Assembly (NCBI GenBank): GCA_020184695.1
Contig: JAANOX010000243.1
Coordinates: forward strand, 124,001-188,000
Length of the DNA stretch: 64,000 nucleotides
Origin: Histomonas meleagridis 2922-C6/04-290x
Lineage: Eukaryota; Protista; Parabasalia
Direction of reading: 5' to 3'
In this document: one piece after another, positions 1 to 10,418 of the stretch
Layout: every line of letters begins with the position of its first letter
How positions within the stretch are numbered: position 1 is the stretch's first letter
Made by a program: the position numbers and the translations under genes
The notes under the pieces: generated by a model
The model's input: the letters and a program-made list of their open reading frames with translations, nothing else
Told to the model about the DNA's origin: nothing
Databases searched by the model: none

Positions 1-90
1 AGCACTTATTAAAGCTTCTGAAAAAGGAGATGCAGAAAATTTTTGGTTATTTCTTCTAAATAAATATTTTTTAATTATATAAAGTTTATA
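1..90 (+). pseudogene. Ankyrin-repeat fragment cut by the window edge
   Basis: Frame from position 2 reads ALIKASEKGDAENFWLFLLNKYFLII*. It opens with AGCACTTATT, as in the ankyrin units at 51590 and 51760. Confidence 0.5.
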
Positions 91-446
91 TGTTTTAATA
101 AACACTTTGGATATATCAAAACTAAACACATAAATTAATACATGTATAAATATTTTTGCTCTACAGCTTTTCGTTTATTTTTTGTGTTAGACATATTTTT
201 GATAATCACAATAAAAATGAAAAATTATTTTAAACCATCAGAGTTTCACTTATAAAATATGATTGTACCCCTTGCAAAAGATTTTCTTTCCTTCAATAAA
301 CAGCCAATACCTTTTGTCATTTTGAAAATTACATTGTCAATAAATACAAAATTTCAGTATCTAATTAGTAATGTGAAAGTGTTTTCATTAAAATCTTTTA
401 AGAATTAAAACAAAAATTCAGTTTATTTCAATCTACAGATAAGCCC

Positions 447-1457
447 TTACAGTTCCCACCATCTCTTTTTTCTCTCATTCGTTGTTCCTTTGTAATTGAA
501 GAACTTTGGTATTTTTATGTTTGTGTTTTCTTTGTATTCTCCGTTTTCGAACTTTTCGAATATTTCTTTCAGTTGTGGAATTTGCGTTGTGTTATGTTCA
601 ATGTGAAAACTGCTTTTGTCTTCGCTCGCAATGGCTATAGCAGGCGGCACAACATTATACTGCGGATATGTTTCGTTGAACACCTTAAATTCGATCTGAC
701 CAAAGAGCGTCGTGTTTTCGATTAGCTCGATCTCATTTCGGAATTTTTCATATATTTGTGGATAGTTATGGATAATGAACATGAATTTACGTGTTGACTT
801 TTCTGCTGCACTAAGATTCCAATTACCTAATGATGACAATGAATATTCATCAACAAATTTGCTAATTGCCTGTGGATTAAAATCACCAGTATATTCAACG
901 GATACGTTCTTGTTGAGGTATGCAATCAACGTTGGCTTGGCAGTGCTCTCTCCGAAGTAAATTCGGTTTTTGAGGAATGGTATCCTTTCTTGAATATCGC
1001 GAACAAATAAACATTGGTCACGATAATTTCGTTGAGAGGAAAATGCAAAAGCTGGATATTCACTTGTAAATTCAATAGGATATTTGAAACATGGGATGTT
1101 GAGATCAACTTTCTTTAATTCTTCAGTAAGATTAATAAATGTTTCTAAATCCCTCTTTGGCCGAAGACGATTTGGTTTTCCTCGTAAAAATGTGACAAAT
1201 GAGGGAAATGATGGAGCTTGATATATCGCACGATAATATGGATTTGATTCACATTCTATTTGGCCCACTGCAACAGAAGTATCGTTCTCATAGAGATCCA
1301 TTAGTTCTGCCCATGCTGGGAGCACTTGTTTGCAAAAACCACAATAATCTGCATAAAATAGTATAAAACTTGGAATAAATGTGCTATTTTGAACAAATTC
1401 TTGACAGTTCTCTTGGGTAACTATCACTTTATATGTAATCAAAAACGAGAGAATCAT
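447..1457 (-). CDS. Thioredoxin/PDI-like secretory-pathway protein
   Basis: FYADYCGFCK (CxxC) thioredoxin motif after a short hydrophobic N-terminus; C-terminus KKRWWEL. Confidence 0.85.
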   Translation of the reverse strand: MILSFLITYKVIVTQENCQEFVQNSTFIPSFILFYADYCGFCKQVLPAWAELMDLYENDTSVAVGQIECESNPYYRAIYQAPSFPSFVTFLRGKPNRLRPKRDLETFINLTEELKKVDLNIPCFKYPIEFTSEYPAFAFSSQRNYRDQCLFVRDIQERIPFLKNRIYFGESTAKPTLIAYLNKNVSVEYTGDFNPQAISKFVDEYSLSSLGNWNLSAAEKSTRKFMFIIHNYPQIYEKFRNEIELIENTTLFGQIEFKVFNETYPQYNVVPPAIAIASEDKSSFHIEHNTTQIPQLKEIFEKFENGEYKENTNIKIPKFFNYKGTTNERKKRWWEL

Positions 1458-1506
1458 GAAAACTTATGTTTTATATACCCTATACAAAAAGTTTTAAATG
1501 AACACA

Positions 1507-1514
1507 AAACCGTT
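1507..1514 (-). promoter_or_regulatory. M3 (Myb-recognition-like) core promoter element
   Basis: Sense-strand AACGGTTT about 50 nt upstream of the ATG at 1457; fits the Trichomonas M3 consensus DRCSGYTD. Confidence 0.45.
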
Positions 1515-1600
1515 TTAATGTGGCACAAAATTTTTTATTTGGATTTCTTATCAACACAATAATTGGTTTATATAACAAAAATCATATAATATAACAAGAT

Positions 1601-2011
1601 TCAAGCCTTGATTTTGGATAGTTGATATTTACATTTATCTAGGATTTGTTGTTGTTTCTTAAGATTCAATAAATCACTTTCTATGGATTGCTCTAAATGA
1701 TTCATTGCTTCCTCTAATTGTAAAAGTGATTTTTCACACCAATCATTAGTGTCTTCTAATGAATGTTCTTCGCTTAAATCCAAATTCTTTTCATTATTTT
1801 TTTCAATTGTATCAATATTAAAAATATTATCTTGGCTTTGTTGGTCAGCATCTGATATTTGTGAATTTTCATTTGAATAATTTTGCATAATTTCATTTGA
1901 ATCAGAAAAAGAAAATGATTGGTTACTTTTCTTTAACTCAATGAGTTCATTAACTTCTTTGTCTAAGCTCTCCAAAAAATATTGTATTTCATCTGGAGTA
2001 ATGATCTCCAT
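1601..2011 (-). CDS. Hypothetical acidic/coiled-coil protein, 136 aa
   Basis: ATG-initiated ORF of protein-like composition with a heptad-like C-terminus; no family recognised. Confidence 0.7.
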   Translation of the reverse strand: MEIITPDEIQYFLESLDKEVNELIELKKSNQSFSFSDSNEIMQNYSNENSQISDADQQSQDNIFNIDTIEKNNEKNLDLSEEHSLEDTNDWCEKSLLQLEEAMNHLEQSIESDLLNLKKQQQILDKCKYQLSKIKA

Positions 2012-2132
2012 AAAAAAAAAAAAACGAATTTAAAAAGTAAACGTTCATCAAAACATAAAATGCAAAAACTTTCATTTAAATCATTTTTAAAAACAAGTTA
2101 ATGATTCCAAGCAAATATTCGTTATTCGTTTT

Positions 2133-3881
2133 TTACTTCTTTGGTCTTGCTCTAAATACTGTATGAAGTATCTTTTCAACATCTGGAGTAATAACTTTTG
2201 TTGCAGGAGCATCGACAGCAGATTGAATCTTTGCTCTTTCTTTCATTTTATATATCGCATTAATTCTATTTTTCATGGTTTGTTCATTTTCTGGATATGG
2301 ACTACCGCCACCACAAACACATCCTCCTGGGCAAGCTGTTACCTCAATATATTTAATTCCAGCTACCTCAGGATCATTCTTTTCTATTCTTTCCATTAAG
2401 TTTTGTGCTTCATGTAATTGATCAACAGCTGCAAACTTAAACGGTTTCCCATCAATGTTAATTTGGGCCACCCTAATCGTTTTATAACCTCTGATGTTTC
2501 CGAAATCGACTTTTTCAATGTTCTTTCCTGTCACTTTTTGGTATGTTGCCTTAGCTACAGCTTCTGCTAAGCCTCCAGAAGCATAAACGAGTGCAGCATC
2601 ACCAGTACTTTCACCGAAAAGCTTATCAAATTTTGAGTCCTTCAATTTTATGATTGAAATTCCGGCTGTCTTTAACATTTGAACTAATTCTCTAGTAGTT
2701 AGAGCGACATCAGTGTCTTTGATTCCGTTTGTGACGAAATTACCACGTTCAATTTCATCTTTTTTAGCAGTACAAGAACCAATATATACAGTATATATTT
2801 GTTCATTAGCATTGGGTAATTCTCTTGGCTTGGTTTTAGAGTTCTTAAGTAAGCCAGAAATCATTGTAGCTGTAGATCTTGAATTGCTAAGTTGTTTCAT
2901 TATTCCATTTTTACTTTGTTCAACAAAATTAACAAATGCTGGACAATTTGATGAGAATAATGGAAACTTTGCCTTTGGGTCTCGCAACTTTTTAGCTAGT
3001 TGCTCAGCTTCAAGATTTATTAATATATCATTACCTATTGAACCGTCAAAGATATATTTAAAGCCGAGTTGTCGTAGTGCGGTAATGACTTTTCCACCAG
3101 ATAATGTTCCAGCGGGATAACCAAATGCTTCAGATATATCTACAAAAACTGACGGGTCGATTGTACATACTGTGACTCTTTGTGATGGCTTACGAAGCTC
3201 AGATAACACTTCGCGTGCTTGACTGTTTTCTGTCATCGCACCACATGGGCAATATAATGTGCATTGTCCACATTTGACGCAGGTGCTCTTTTCCAACGTG
3301 ACACCTGAAGTTGGTTGTACTAACATATGGTCTCCGCGGTTGGCAAAGTGAATGGATTTTTGCCCAACAATTGATTCGCATGCTCGAACACAACGTCCAC
3401 ATAAAACACATTTGGCTGGATCAAATCGTATACTGTAAGTGGATGAATCAACAGCTTCGGGCGCTGGTTTGTGACGTTCTTTTTCATGAACATTAAATTC
3501 ATAAATAATATCACGGAAAGTACATCGATTATTTGCAATACATGAGGTGCAACGTTCATCATGAGAAGCAAGAAGCATTTCAAGATTGGCACTGACTGCT
3601 TCTTGAACTTTGGTTGATTTTGTATTTACTGTAAGTCCATCATATATTGGAGTGACACATGCTGGTGCAAGCCATGAATTGTTACATTCAACAAGGCAAA
3701 CACGACAAGAAGCACGTTGCGGAAGATTTGGATGATGACAAAGTCTTGGAATTTTAATATTGTTTCTGTCACATAATTCTAAAATTGTTTCTCCTTTCTT
3801 AGCCTCTAGCTTGCGTCCATTTACAGTTACTATTGCATTTCTCAGAGAAAATGAAGAAGTTGTGCTCAAGCTCGTCAGCAT
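2133..3881 (-). CDS. Long-form [FeFe]-hydrogenase-like protein with hydrogenosomal leader and divergent H-cluster pocket
   Basis: Leader MLTSLSTTSSFSLRN. [2Fe-2S] motif (LCHH...CRVC...AC), His-ligated [4Fe-4S] (HDERCTSC...C), two ferredoxin motifs (CVLCGRCVRAC, CVKCGQCTLYCP). H-cluster motifs present but altered: SSNCP, GSCTAKKDE, EVTACPGGCVCGGG. Confidence 0.93.
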   Translation of the reverse strand: MLTSLSTTSSFSLRNAIVTVNGRKLEAKKGETILELCDRNNIKIPRLCHHPNLPQRASCRVCLVECNNSWLAPACVTPIYDGLTVNTKSTKVQEAVSANLEMLLASHDERCTSCIANNRCTFRDIIYEFNVHEKERHKPAPEAVDSSTYSIRFDPAKCVLCGRCVRACESIVGQKSIHFANRGDHMLVQPTSGVTLEKSTCVKCGQCTLYCPCGAMTENSQAREVLSELRKPSQRVTVCTIDPSVFVDISEAFGYPAGTLSGGKVITALRQLGFKYIFDGSIGNDILINLEAEQLAKKLRDPKAKFPLFSSNCPAFVNFVEQSKNGIMKQLSNSRSTATMISGLLKNSKTKPRELPNANEQIYTVYIGSCTAKKDEIERGNFVTNGIKDTDVALTTRELVQMLKTAGISIIKLKDSKFDKLFGESTGDAALVYASGGLAEAVAKATYQKVTGKNIEKVDFGNIRGYKTIRVAQINIDGKPFKFAAVDQLHEAQNLMERIEKNDPEVAGIKYIEVTACPGGCVCGGGSPYPENEQTMKNRINAIYKMKERAKIQSAVDAPATKVITPDVEKILHTVFRARPKK

Positions 3882-3886
3882 TGAAA

Positions 3887-3891
3887 TGTGA
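3887..3891 (-). promoter_or_regulatory. Initiator (Inr) element
   Basis: Sense TCACA 6-10 nt upstream of the ATG; matches the trichomonad Inr TCA(Y)(W). Confidence 0.6.
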
Positions 3892-5231
3892 CTAACAAAA
3901 AGTGGATCAGCTCACTGTCATGTGACCGTTAAGTGCTTTGGTTCCAAAGTACTTTTTTGTAAAGAATGATATAATTATTAGGGTATCCAAATTCAAAAAG
4001 ATCATTTGCTTTCTGTTTTCGTTTAAATCTATTGATCATTTTCATTCGTTGCATAATTTTCTATTTCTTGGCGATTAATTTCTTCTTTATCTTCCGTTTC
4101 TTTATTGATTGAGGTACTCATTGATGATTTTATCATTCCTTTGTTCTTCTGTTTTTAAAAAGATGATAATTCCAACAATTATTAAAATTATTTTAATAGA
4201 AAAACGTATATAATGCCGTGAAAAACCTTTAGACAGACAACAAAAACTTAAATTTATCATAAATTTGTGTATAGTTTGTTAGAAATCCCAAAAAATTAAT
4301 ATTTGAAAAGAAAATCGAGAAGTGAGCAAAAAATAGGAACATTGCAAAAATTACAAATTTAAATCGAAAAAAATTAATAAATATATAATTAAATATGTTC
4401 TCTATGAATAATACCACATTATTAGCTTAAATTATATTAAGGTCTACAAGTTTTTTTCGGCGGTTTAATACAAATGAGATCTGTAGTCAATATTTTATTT
4501 TGTGATTTTCCATTATCATTATTCATTAATGTAAAGAAATTACTATAAATTTGATAATAAGTGGAATATAACACAGATAAATTTATAATAAATAAAATTC
4601 ATAATAGGGTAAGTAAATGGTGAATTAATATATGAAATAAAAAATGAATTTGTTGAAAGTGCTTTATAAAATGATTTTGTTTCTGTTATGCATAAAATTT
4701 CGCCAATATAAATGAATGAGATATATATAAATCAGGTTTAGTAAAAGTTTGTGTTGAAGAAAGACATGCATCAATTACTCCTTTTTTTATATTTAATTCT
4801 CCAACTGTTTCACTTGAATATGTTTCATTTAACAACAATTACTTTCAAATGTTGGGTGAATGTTACACATGAATTAAAATGATTTTTTAATATCATCAAA
4901 ACACGAAAAAACATTGAAATGAATAAAATGTACCTTTTAGTATCAAAAACGAAATTCGATTATACATGTGATGAAAAAATTTCTATTTAATTTCTATTTT
5001 ACATACACTTTATAGAATATCATTCATGCAGTATTTTTAGTTTAGAGAAAATTTTCAGATAAGTAAAATTTTTTCCCTTCCCATACCATTATTATATATT
5101 GAGTTATTTTCATGGTCGAACATGATTGAGTCGGCTTTATGATTATTAATATTTTAAATTCACATTTAAGAATTTTTCTTTTGCAAATTTCAATACACAA
5201 TAAAACGCAAGAAACAATCTCTATATTTTAT

Positions 5232-8200
5232 TTACACAGTTGTTAATTTCGATTCCACTAATTTCCCATCGGATGTACCCCACATAATATGTGGTAACAC
5301 TGGATGGAAAGAACAGAGCGCATTCGTTCCAATATCTTTCAATGTATGAATCACATTTCCATTCCAATCTGTGATTACTGGGAAAGACTTTGTTGGTGCC
5401 AATGACATAAATGGGGACAAAGTATGCACGTCAAAATCATTTAGCATCGAATTAGTATTATCAAATTCGATAACAGATATATCATCAATATTTTCCCAAC
5501 TTACACATTTACCACCATAAGTGCCAGCGAAGAATTTAGTCTTATTATTATTCCCTAAGCACCCAATAATTTTCATAATTTTATCATTTTTAATTTTTTG
5601 TTCTTCAATATTTTGAATGTCATTTGATCGTAAATCCATTGATGTGATTAAACCGCTGTCATAACCGGCCACGCAAACGTTCTCCGAAATTGGGTTCATA
5701 TTGATCGTTGTAATAATTTCATTATTTTTATTTGTTTTGAAAGAAGAAATTAATTTTTGGTATTCGATATCCCATAAATTTATAATACCTGTATTACCTC
5801 TAGCAGTGATAAATTGTTTTTTAGTATTAATTAAAGTTAAAACTAAAGGAAAATTTGTATTCGAATTATCTGATAAATCAGCGAAAAATGAAATTTTAGG
5901 ATTTAAATTGTTCGGATTCCAAACATTAACGAAACCATTTTCAGATCCGATGAATATCAATGAATTATTGTAATCCCAATCACTAATATTAATTGCAGAA
6001 ATTTTTGAACCGATAAATAACTTTTTAATATTTAAATATTTTTCATCAAAATAATAAATGTTATTTTTAGTAGTAGACACAGTTATTGATAAAGTTTTAT
6101 GATCATATTTAATGTTATTAGGAATTTCGGAATTATTAAATTTATATTTAAATGTTTTAACAAGTTTTGTTGTTGGTATATTTGTTAATGTTGGCTGAGG
6201 TAATGTTATAGGTGTTGAAATAACTTTTGTTTCTTCTTTTATTTCCCAATATTTAAATGATATCATTTGTTTTATAAATATATTAAAACATTTTTCATTA
6301 CTTTTTTCGGTATAATTAAATGTCGTTAATATTTGTTTCGATATATTTCTAATTATATTATTCGTATCATTTTGTAATATATTTATTAATTCTATTGATA
6401 ACTTAATACATTTTTGTAATGAGTTTTCTGTTTCAGTAAATATATCTGTAAATGAACAAAGTTTTTTGAAATCTTTCGAATGTTCTTCAAATGAAATTTC
6501 ATTAACATTTAAATAATTGTTAATAATATTTTTAATGGAATTTTTGGTTAAGTTAATTTTAGTATATAAATCTTTTGATTCTAATTGATAATTAGTTAAA
6601 AAGTTCCCTAAAAATATTAAATAATTATATCGAACTAAATATGAAATATCAAAAATTGATTTAAGTGCTAAACAAAACAATTGAACATTAACTTTATCTT
6701 CTGTTTGTATTAAATATGATAATATTGATAATGATATCGATCTAATTTCATAAGAATTATGGAAACAAAATGAAGCGATTTGTATATGTAAACCTAATTC
6801 ATATATAATTTTCGAATCAATTCCATATGAATCAAATATTTTGGATATTAATACTAATGTCCATAATATAAATAATGAATCATTATATGTGTTTAATAAA
6901 TTACTTATTTTACTAATAAATTGTTTAGATGAAAATGTAAATTGTAATGATTCATTATATGGTATAATAAATGATAATATCGCAGAGATCATCGATTTGG
7001 TTATTATCGGAATTTTTGGATCAAATAACTTTTCTTTAAATGTATGAATGTCATCATTTAAATTGATATTATTGATTAAACTTTCATCTGTTTGTAATAT
7101 TGATATACATAAATAACAAAGTGAATGTTTCCACATTTTGAAGTCAATGGAATTGTTATTATTATTTTTAATTAGTATTTTAAATAATTTGGGAAAAATT
7201 GTCGTTTTCGTTAATTTGTTTCGTGCGTTTTGTGATATTGATGCATATTTAGATAATAATATGAAAGAATTATGTAAAAGTTCTTCTGATTTCTCAGGTA
7301 TGTTAAATAATAATGTAATTAATGACGTCGGAATGTCATTTTGTTTACATTCGTTTTTTAAATACATTTCAACGGAATTGATCGTTTGATTAAATATATT
7401 AGTAATAAACCCAAATGATTCTGTCGTGATTTTTGTAATGACAAAGTCTGCTATTGTTTGCCAATTGCCCCATAATTGATGTGTGCTTAAATCTGGCAAT
7501 TCTGGATATGATATTGGATGGACTTGAAAATACTTAAGTAAAAATTGGCATAGTAAAAATTGTCGAAAAAGATATGAAATTAATTCATTGCTACGAAATA
7601 ATCGGCGATATTCTTCAATAGATAAAACATCTGATGCAATTGAATCAATAATTGCTTGAAGTGTTTCTTCAAGACCTTCAATATTAATATCAATGAACTT
7701 TTTCATTGGAAATTTATCAGTGACTATTGTCGTTCGATAATATTGAATAACATGACAAATAATTGCTAACTTAACAGGTGTAAAAATACATGATGTCAAA
7801 AAATCACGTGGTAAATGTGGGTCTTCTGGTAACGTTTCTTCAATATCTGTTGAACATAAACAAAAATAATCTTTCCAGTCATATTCAGTGTTATGTGATG
7901 TGACATTGTTCTGAAAAAGTGACATGCGAGGAATTGGATGTTGACTATTTGATGCGACTTGAAGTGCTCGTAATGCTGCTCCTGCATTAGAACAATCAAA
8001 TATATAGAAAGAGGGAGTCTTAATAGATTCAAATAATGTTCGAATTGGATAATTTTTAAAGATTCCCGTGGGATCTAAACAAGGAATTGAACTTTGGTCA
8101 TGAGGTGGAAACCCATAACCAATGTAATGAAAAAGAATACAGTCACTTGGCACATCGCGCCCATTAACTTTTGCTAAGTTTTTGATGCTTTCAATATTGG

Positions 8201-8672
8201 GATTTACCATATGACGAGAAGAACGGATTTTTGTGGAAAGGCGTGAATAATTTTCATTCATGTAGTTTTTAGCAAAATTGTTGTATTTTAATGGAGGAAT
8301 ACTTGAAACATTTTCCCACATGAAAATGGGAGAACTTGATGTATTTCTTGAACTGCTAACTGAAGATACCATTGTCAATACACACTTTATGTTAGTTTTG
8401 TATTTTTTTGTTTGTAAATGTGAATCATTATTTTCTAAAATATCATACTGATAATCATCAATATCTGGTGATTCTATTGGATGTGTTGTTAAAAAATCCT
8501 GGATTTTGAAAAGATTTAAATTTTGTTGAATGGTTTTAGAATAAATATTTGGCTTATCATCTTCTTCCTCTTCTTCATTAAAACACAAAGAATCATTTGA
8601 ATCATCTGTACTACCGAAAGGTACAATATCTTTAAGATTTACAAAGAAACTCTTTTGCATTTTATTGCTCAT
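5232..8672 (-). CDS. RPTOR: Raptor/KOG1, TORC1 scaffold subunit
   Basis: RNC-domain motifs (ILFHYIGYGFP, FDCSNAG, LPEDPHLPRDFLTSCIFTP), helical middle region and WD40-like C-terminus. First ATG is at 8672; the track used an upstream TTG. Confidence 0.9.
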   Translation of the reverse strand: MSNKMQKSFFVNLKDIVPFGSTDDSNDSLCFNEEEEEDDKPNIYSKTIQQNLNLFKIQDFLTTHPIESPDIDDYQYDILENNDSHLQTKKYKTNIKCVLTMVSSVSSSRNTSSSPIFMWENVSSIPPLKYNNFAKNYMNENYSRLSTKIRSSRHMVNPNIESIKNLAKVNGRDVPSDCILFHYIGYGFPPHDQSSIPCLDPTGIFKNYPIRTLFESIKTPSFYIFDCSNAGAALRALQVASNSQHPIPRMSLFQNNVTSHNTEYDWKDYFCLCSTDIEETLPEDPHLPRDFLTSCIFTPVKLAIICHVIQYYRTTIVTDKFPMKKFIDINIEGLEETLQAIIDSIASDVLSIEEYRRLFRSNELISYLFRQFLLCQFLLKYFQVHPISYPELPDLSTHQLWGNWQTIADFVITKITTESFGFITNIFNQTINSVEMYLKNECKQNDIPTSLITLLFNIPEKSEELLHNSFILLSKYASISQNARNKLTKTTIFPKLFKILIKNNNNNSIDFKMWKHSLCYLCISILQTDESLINNINLNDDIHTFKEKLFDPKIPIITKSMISAILSFIIPYNESLQFTFSSKQFISKISNLLNTYNDSLFILWTLVLISKIFDSYGIDSKIIYELGLHIQIASFCFHNSYEIRSISLSILSYLIQTEDKVNVQLFCLALKSIFDISYLVRYNYLIFLGNFLTNYQLESKDLYTKINLTKNSIKNIINNYLNVNEISFEEHSKDFKKLCSFTDIFTETENSLQKCIKLSIELINILQNDTNNIIRNISKQILTTFNYTEKSNEKCFNIFIKQMISFKYWEIKEETKVISTPITLPQPTLTNIPTTKLVKTFKYKFNNSEIPNNIKYDHKTLSITVSTTKNNIYYFDEKYLNIKKLFIGSKISAINISDWDYNNSLIFIGSENGFVNVWNPNNLNPKISFFADLSDNSNTNFPLVLTLINTKKQFITARGNTGIINLWDIEYQKLISSFKTNKNNEIITTINMNPISENVCVAGYDSGLITSMDLRSNDIQNIEEQKIKNDKIMKIIGCLGNNNKTKFFAGTYGGKCVSWENIDDISVIEFDNTNSMLNDFDVHTLSPFMSLAPTKSFPVITDWNGNVIHTLKDIGTNALCSFHPVLPHIMWGTSDGKLVESKLTTV

Positions 8673-8686
8673 TCCCAAAAAAAAAA

Positions 8687-8694
8687 AACGGTTA
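8687..8694 (+). promoter_or_regulatory. M3-like element in a 75-bp divergent promoter
   Basis: AACGGTTA lies between the ATGs at 8672 (-) and 8748 (+). Confidence 0.4.
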
Positions 8695-8747
8695 GATGAT
8701 TTACTTTAACGTTCGTCCAAATTGACTGAGGTTTGTTTAGATGGAAA

Positions 8748-10418
8748 ATGACCGATGAAACATCGTCGAGCGAAATGAATGCTACACAAGCAAATGAATT
8801 TATAGAAAAAATTATTAACGAAAAAGCTGAACTTAAATCAGAATATTTAGATCTTGCACTTCGTTTTAAATTGTTTGATAAAGCAAAATTTCTTCTCCAA
8901 AATAAAATCACATCAGAAAACTTTATACCAATGATTTCCTCCATTTTGGAAAGTGCTAGCGATATTAACAATGAATTTTATTCAATGATTCTTTATTCAA
9001 TAATCAATGGAGAAGAATTTTCTTCAATAATCGAAAACAACAATAAAATAAATCCAACCAATATCAATGCAGTAATGCTTGTTATTATGCCATATCTTCT
9101 TAAAGGCGGAAATCAAGAAATTTTTAATGATAATCAACTCATAAAAAGTCTTTTAGAAAGTTCAGAAAACACAATAACTTACAAAATAATAAGCAAGGAT
9201 ATTGAAAATCAACTCCAAAACATTAATAATGAATTACAAAATTTTGGAGATTCAAAGCAAAAATTGACTTCTTCAGCGTTTGGTCAAAGAATTAATGAAC
9301 TTTCCAACGCAGCCAAAGTCACAATCAAAATGTTATCCAACGCAAATGACAAAACGAGCATTGACAGGTTCAAAAGTCAATTTACAAGCAAAGTCAATGA
9401 AATCGAAAATTATATCCTTAAAAACTTAGATGAGCCAAGTAAACAATACCAATCTATAATAGAAAAAATTAATTTTCTCAAAGAGCAAATTAAAGAAATC
9501 AAAGAATCTTCACAAAAAATTATTAATTCATATATCAATCCATTTTTAAATGACAAAAACAAAGAAAATGCAACAAATGTTATAAACATGATAAAAGATA
9601 CATGTATTCAAGATCAAAAAGAAAGTTTTATTAATAAGTTTTATTACATTTTCGCTTCATTTGTTTTTTCTTCTCTTCAACTTTTTCTTGAAGATCAAAC
9701 TGAAAAAACCACTGAAATGTTCCGGTTATTTTCAGAAGAATTCAATGGCATCGATGAAAAAATTCAAAACAATTCTGCTGCATTCAAATCTTCTATCATC
9801 GAAGCTGATGAAATCGCAAAAGCAATCGAATCAGGTCCTGTTTCTAAGGCTTCCCAAAAAGCATCTCATACTCTTTTGTTTGCAATTCATTTTTCAGAAT
9901 GTTCTCTCCTTGATTCAATGATCAAAGTTGAAGCCATTGACAATTGTAATAATTCTTCATTTTATCCATGTCAATTCTCAACTGTTTTTAAAGACTCGAT
10001 AACCAAAGGTGCTAGAAGCCAAAGTGAGTTTCTAAAATCACAGAAGTCTGAATTATATGGATTGGTCAATGATCGAGTTCAATCTTTCTTCACAAAAATG
10101 CATCACATTCCTGGAATCATTTCAAGTATTGACTACACGAACTTTTCGCCCGAAGAGAAATGGAAATGGCCATCGATCTCTGGAACTTATTTTCCTTCAT
10201 CACCATGTGAAGTACGAAATGTACTTTTGTCGAGGTTTAGAATTGAAGAGATGTTAAAGCAATCACAAATAAGTCATACTGAGCATAAATGCAAAAAATG
10301 CCAACAAAACGAAGCTTTTGTTGTTTGCCCTGAATGTAAACAGTTGGTTTTGTGTGAGAAATGTAAAAATGAAACTCATAAGTGTCCAAATGATGGATGC
10401 AATGTGACATTTGATTAA
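8748..10418 (+). CDS. Helical protein with a C-terminal RING-like zinc finger
   Basis: C-terminal CKKC...CPECKQLVLCEKC...CPNDGC cysteine pattern. First ATG is at 8748. Confidence 0.8.
   Translation: MTDETSSSEMNATQANEFIEKIINEKAELKSEYLDLALRFKLFDKAKFLLQNKITSENFIPMISSILESASDINNEFYSMILYSIINGEEFSSIIENNNKINPTNINAVMLVIMPYLLKGGNQEIFNDNQLIKSLLESSENTITYKIISKDIENQLQNINNELQNFGDSKQKLTSSAFGQRINELSNAAKVTIKMLSNANDKTSIDRFKSQFTSKVNEIENYILKNLDEPSKQYQSIIEKINFLKEQIKEIKESSQKIINSYINPFLNDKNKENATNVINMIKDTCIQDQKESFINKFYYIFASFVFSSLQLFLEDQTEKTTEMFRLFSEEFNGIDEKIQNNSAAFKSSIIEADEIAKAIESGPVSKASQKASHTLLFAIHFSECSLLDSMIKVEAIDNCNNSSFYPCQFSTVFKDSITKGARSQSEFLKSQKSELYGLVNDRVQSFFTKMHHIPGIISSIDYTNFSPEEKWKWPSISGTYFPSSPCEVRNVLLSRFRIEEMLKQSQISHTEHKCKKCQQNEAFVVCPECKQLVLCEKCKNETHKCPNDGCNVTFD

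Noticed and set aside
4000-5200. Short ORFs and mildly coding-like patches between the hydrogenase and Raptor
   Set aside because: No recognisable motif in any frame I read; at most an unidentifiable relic.
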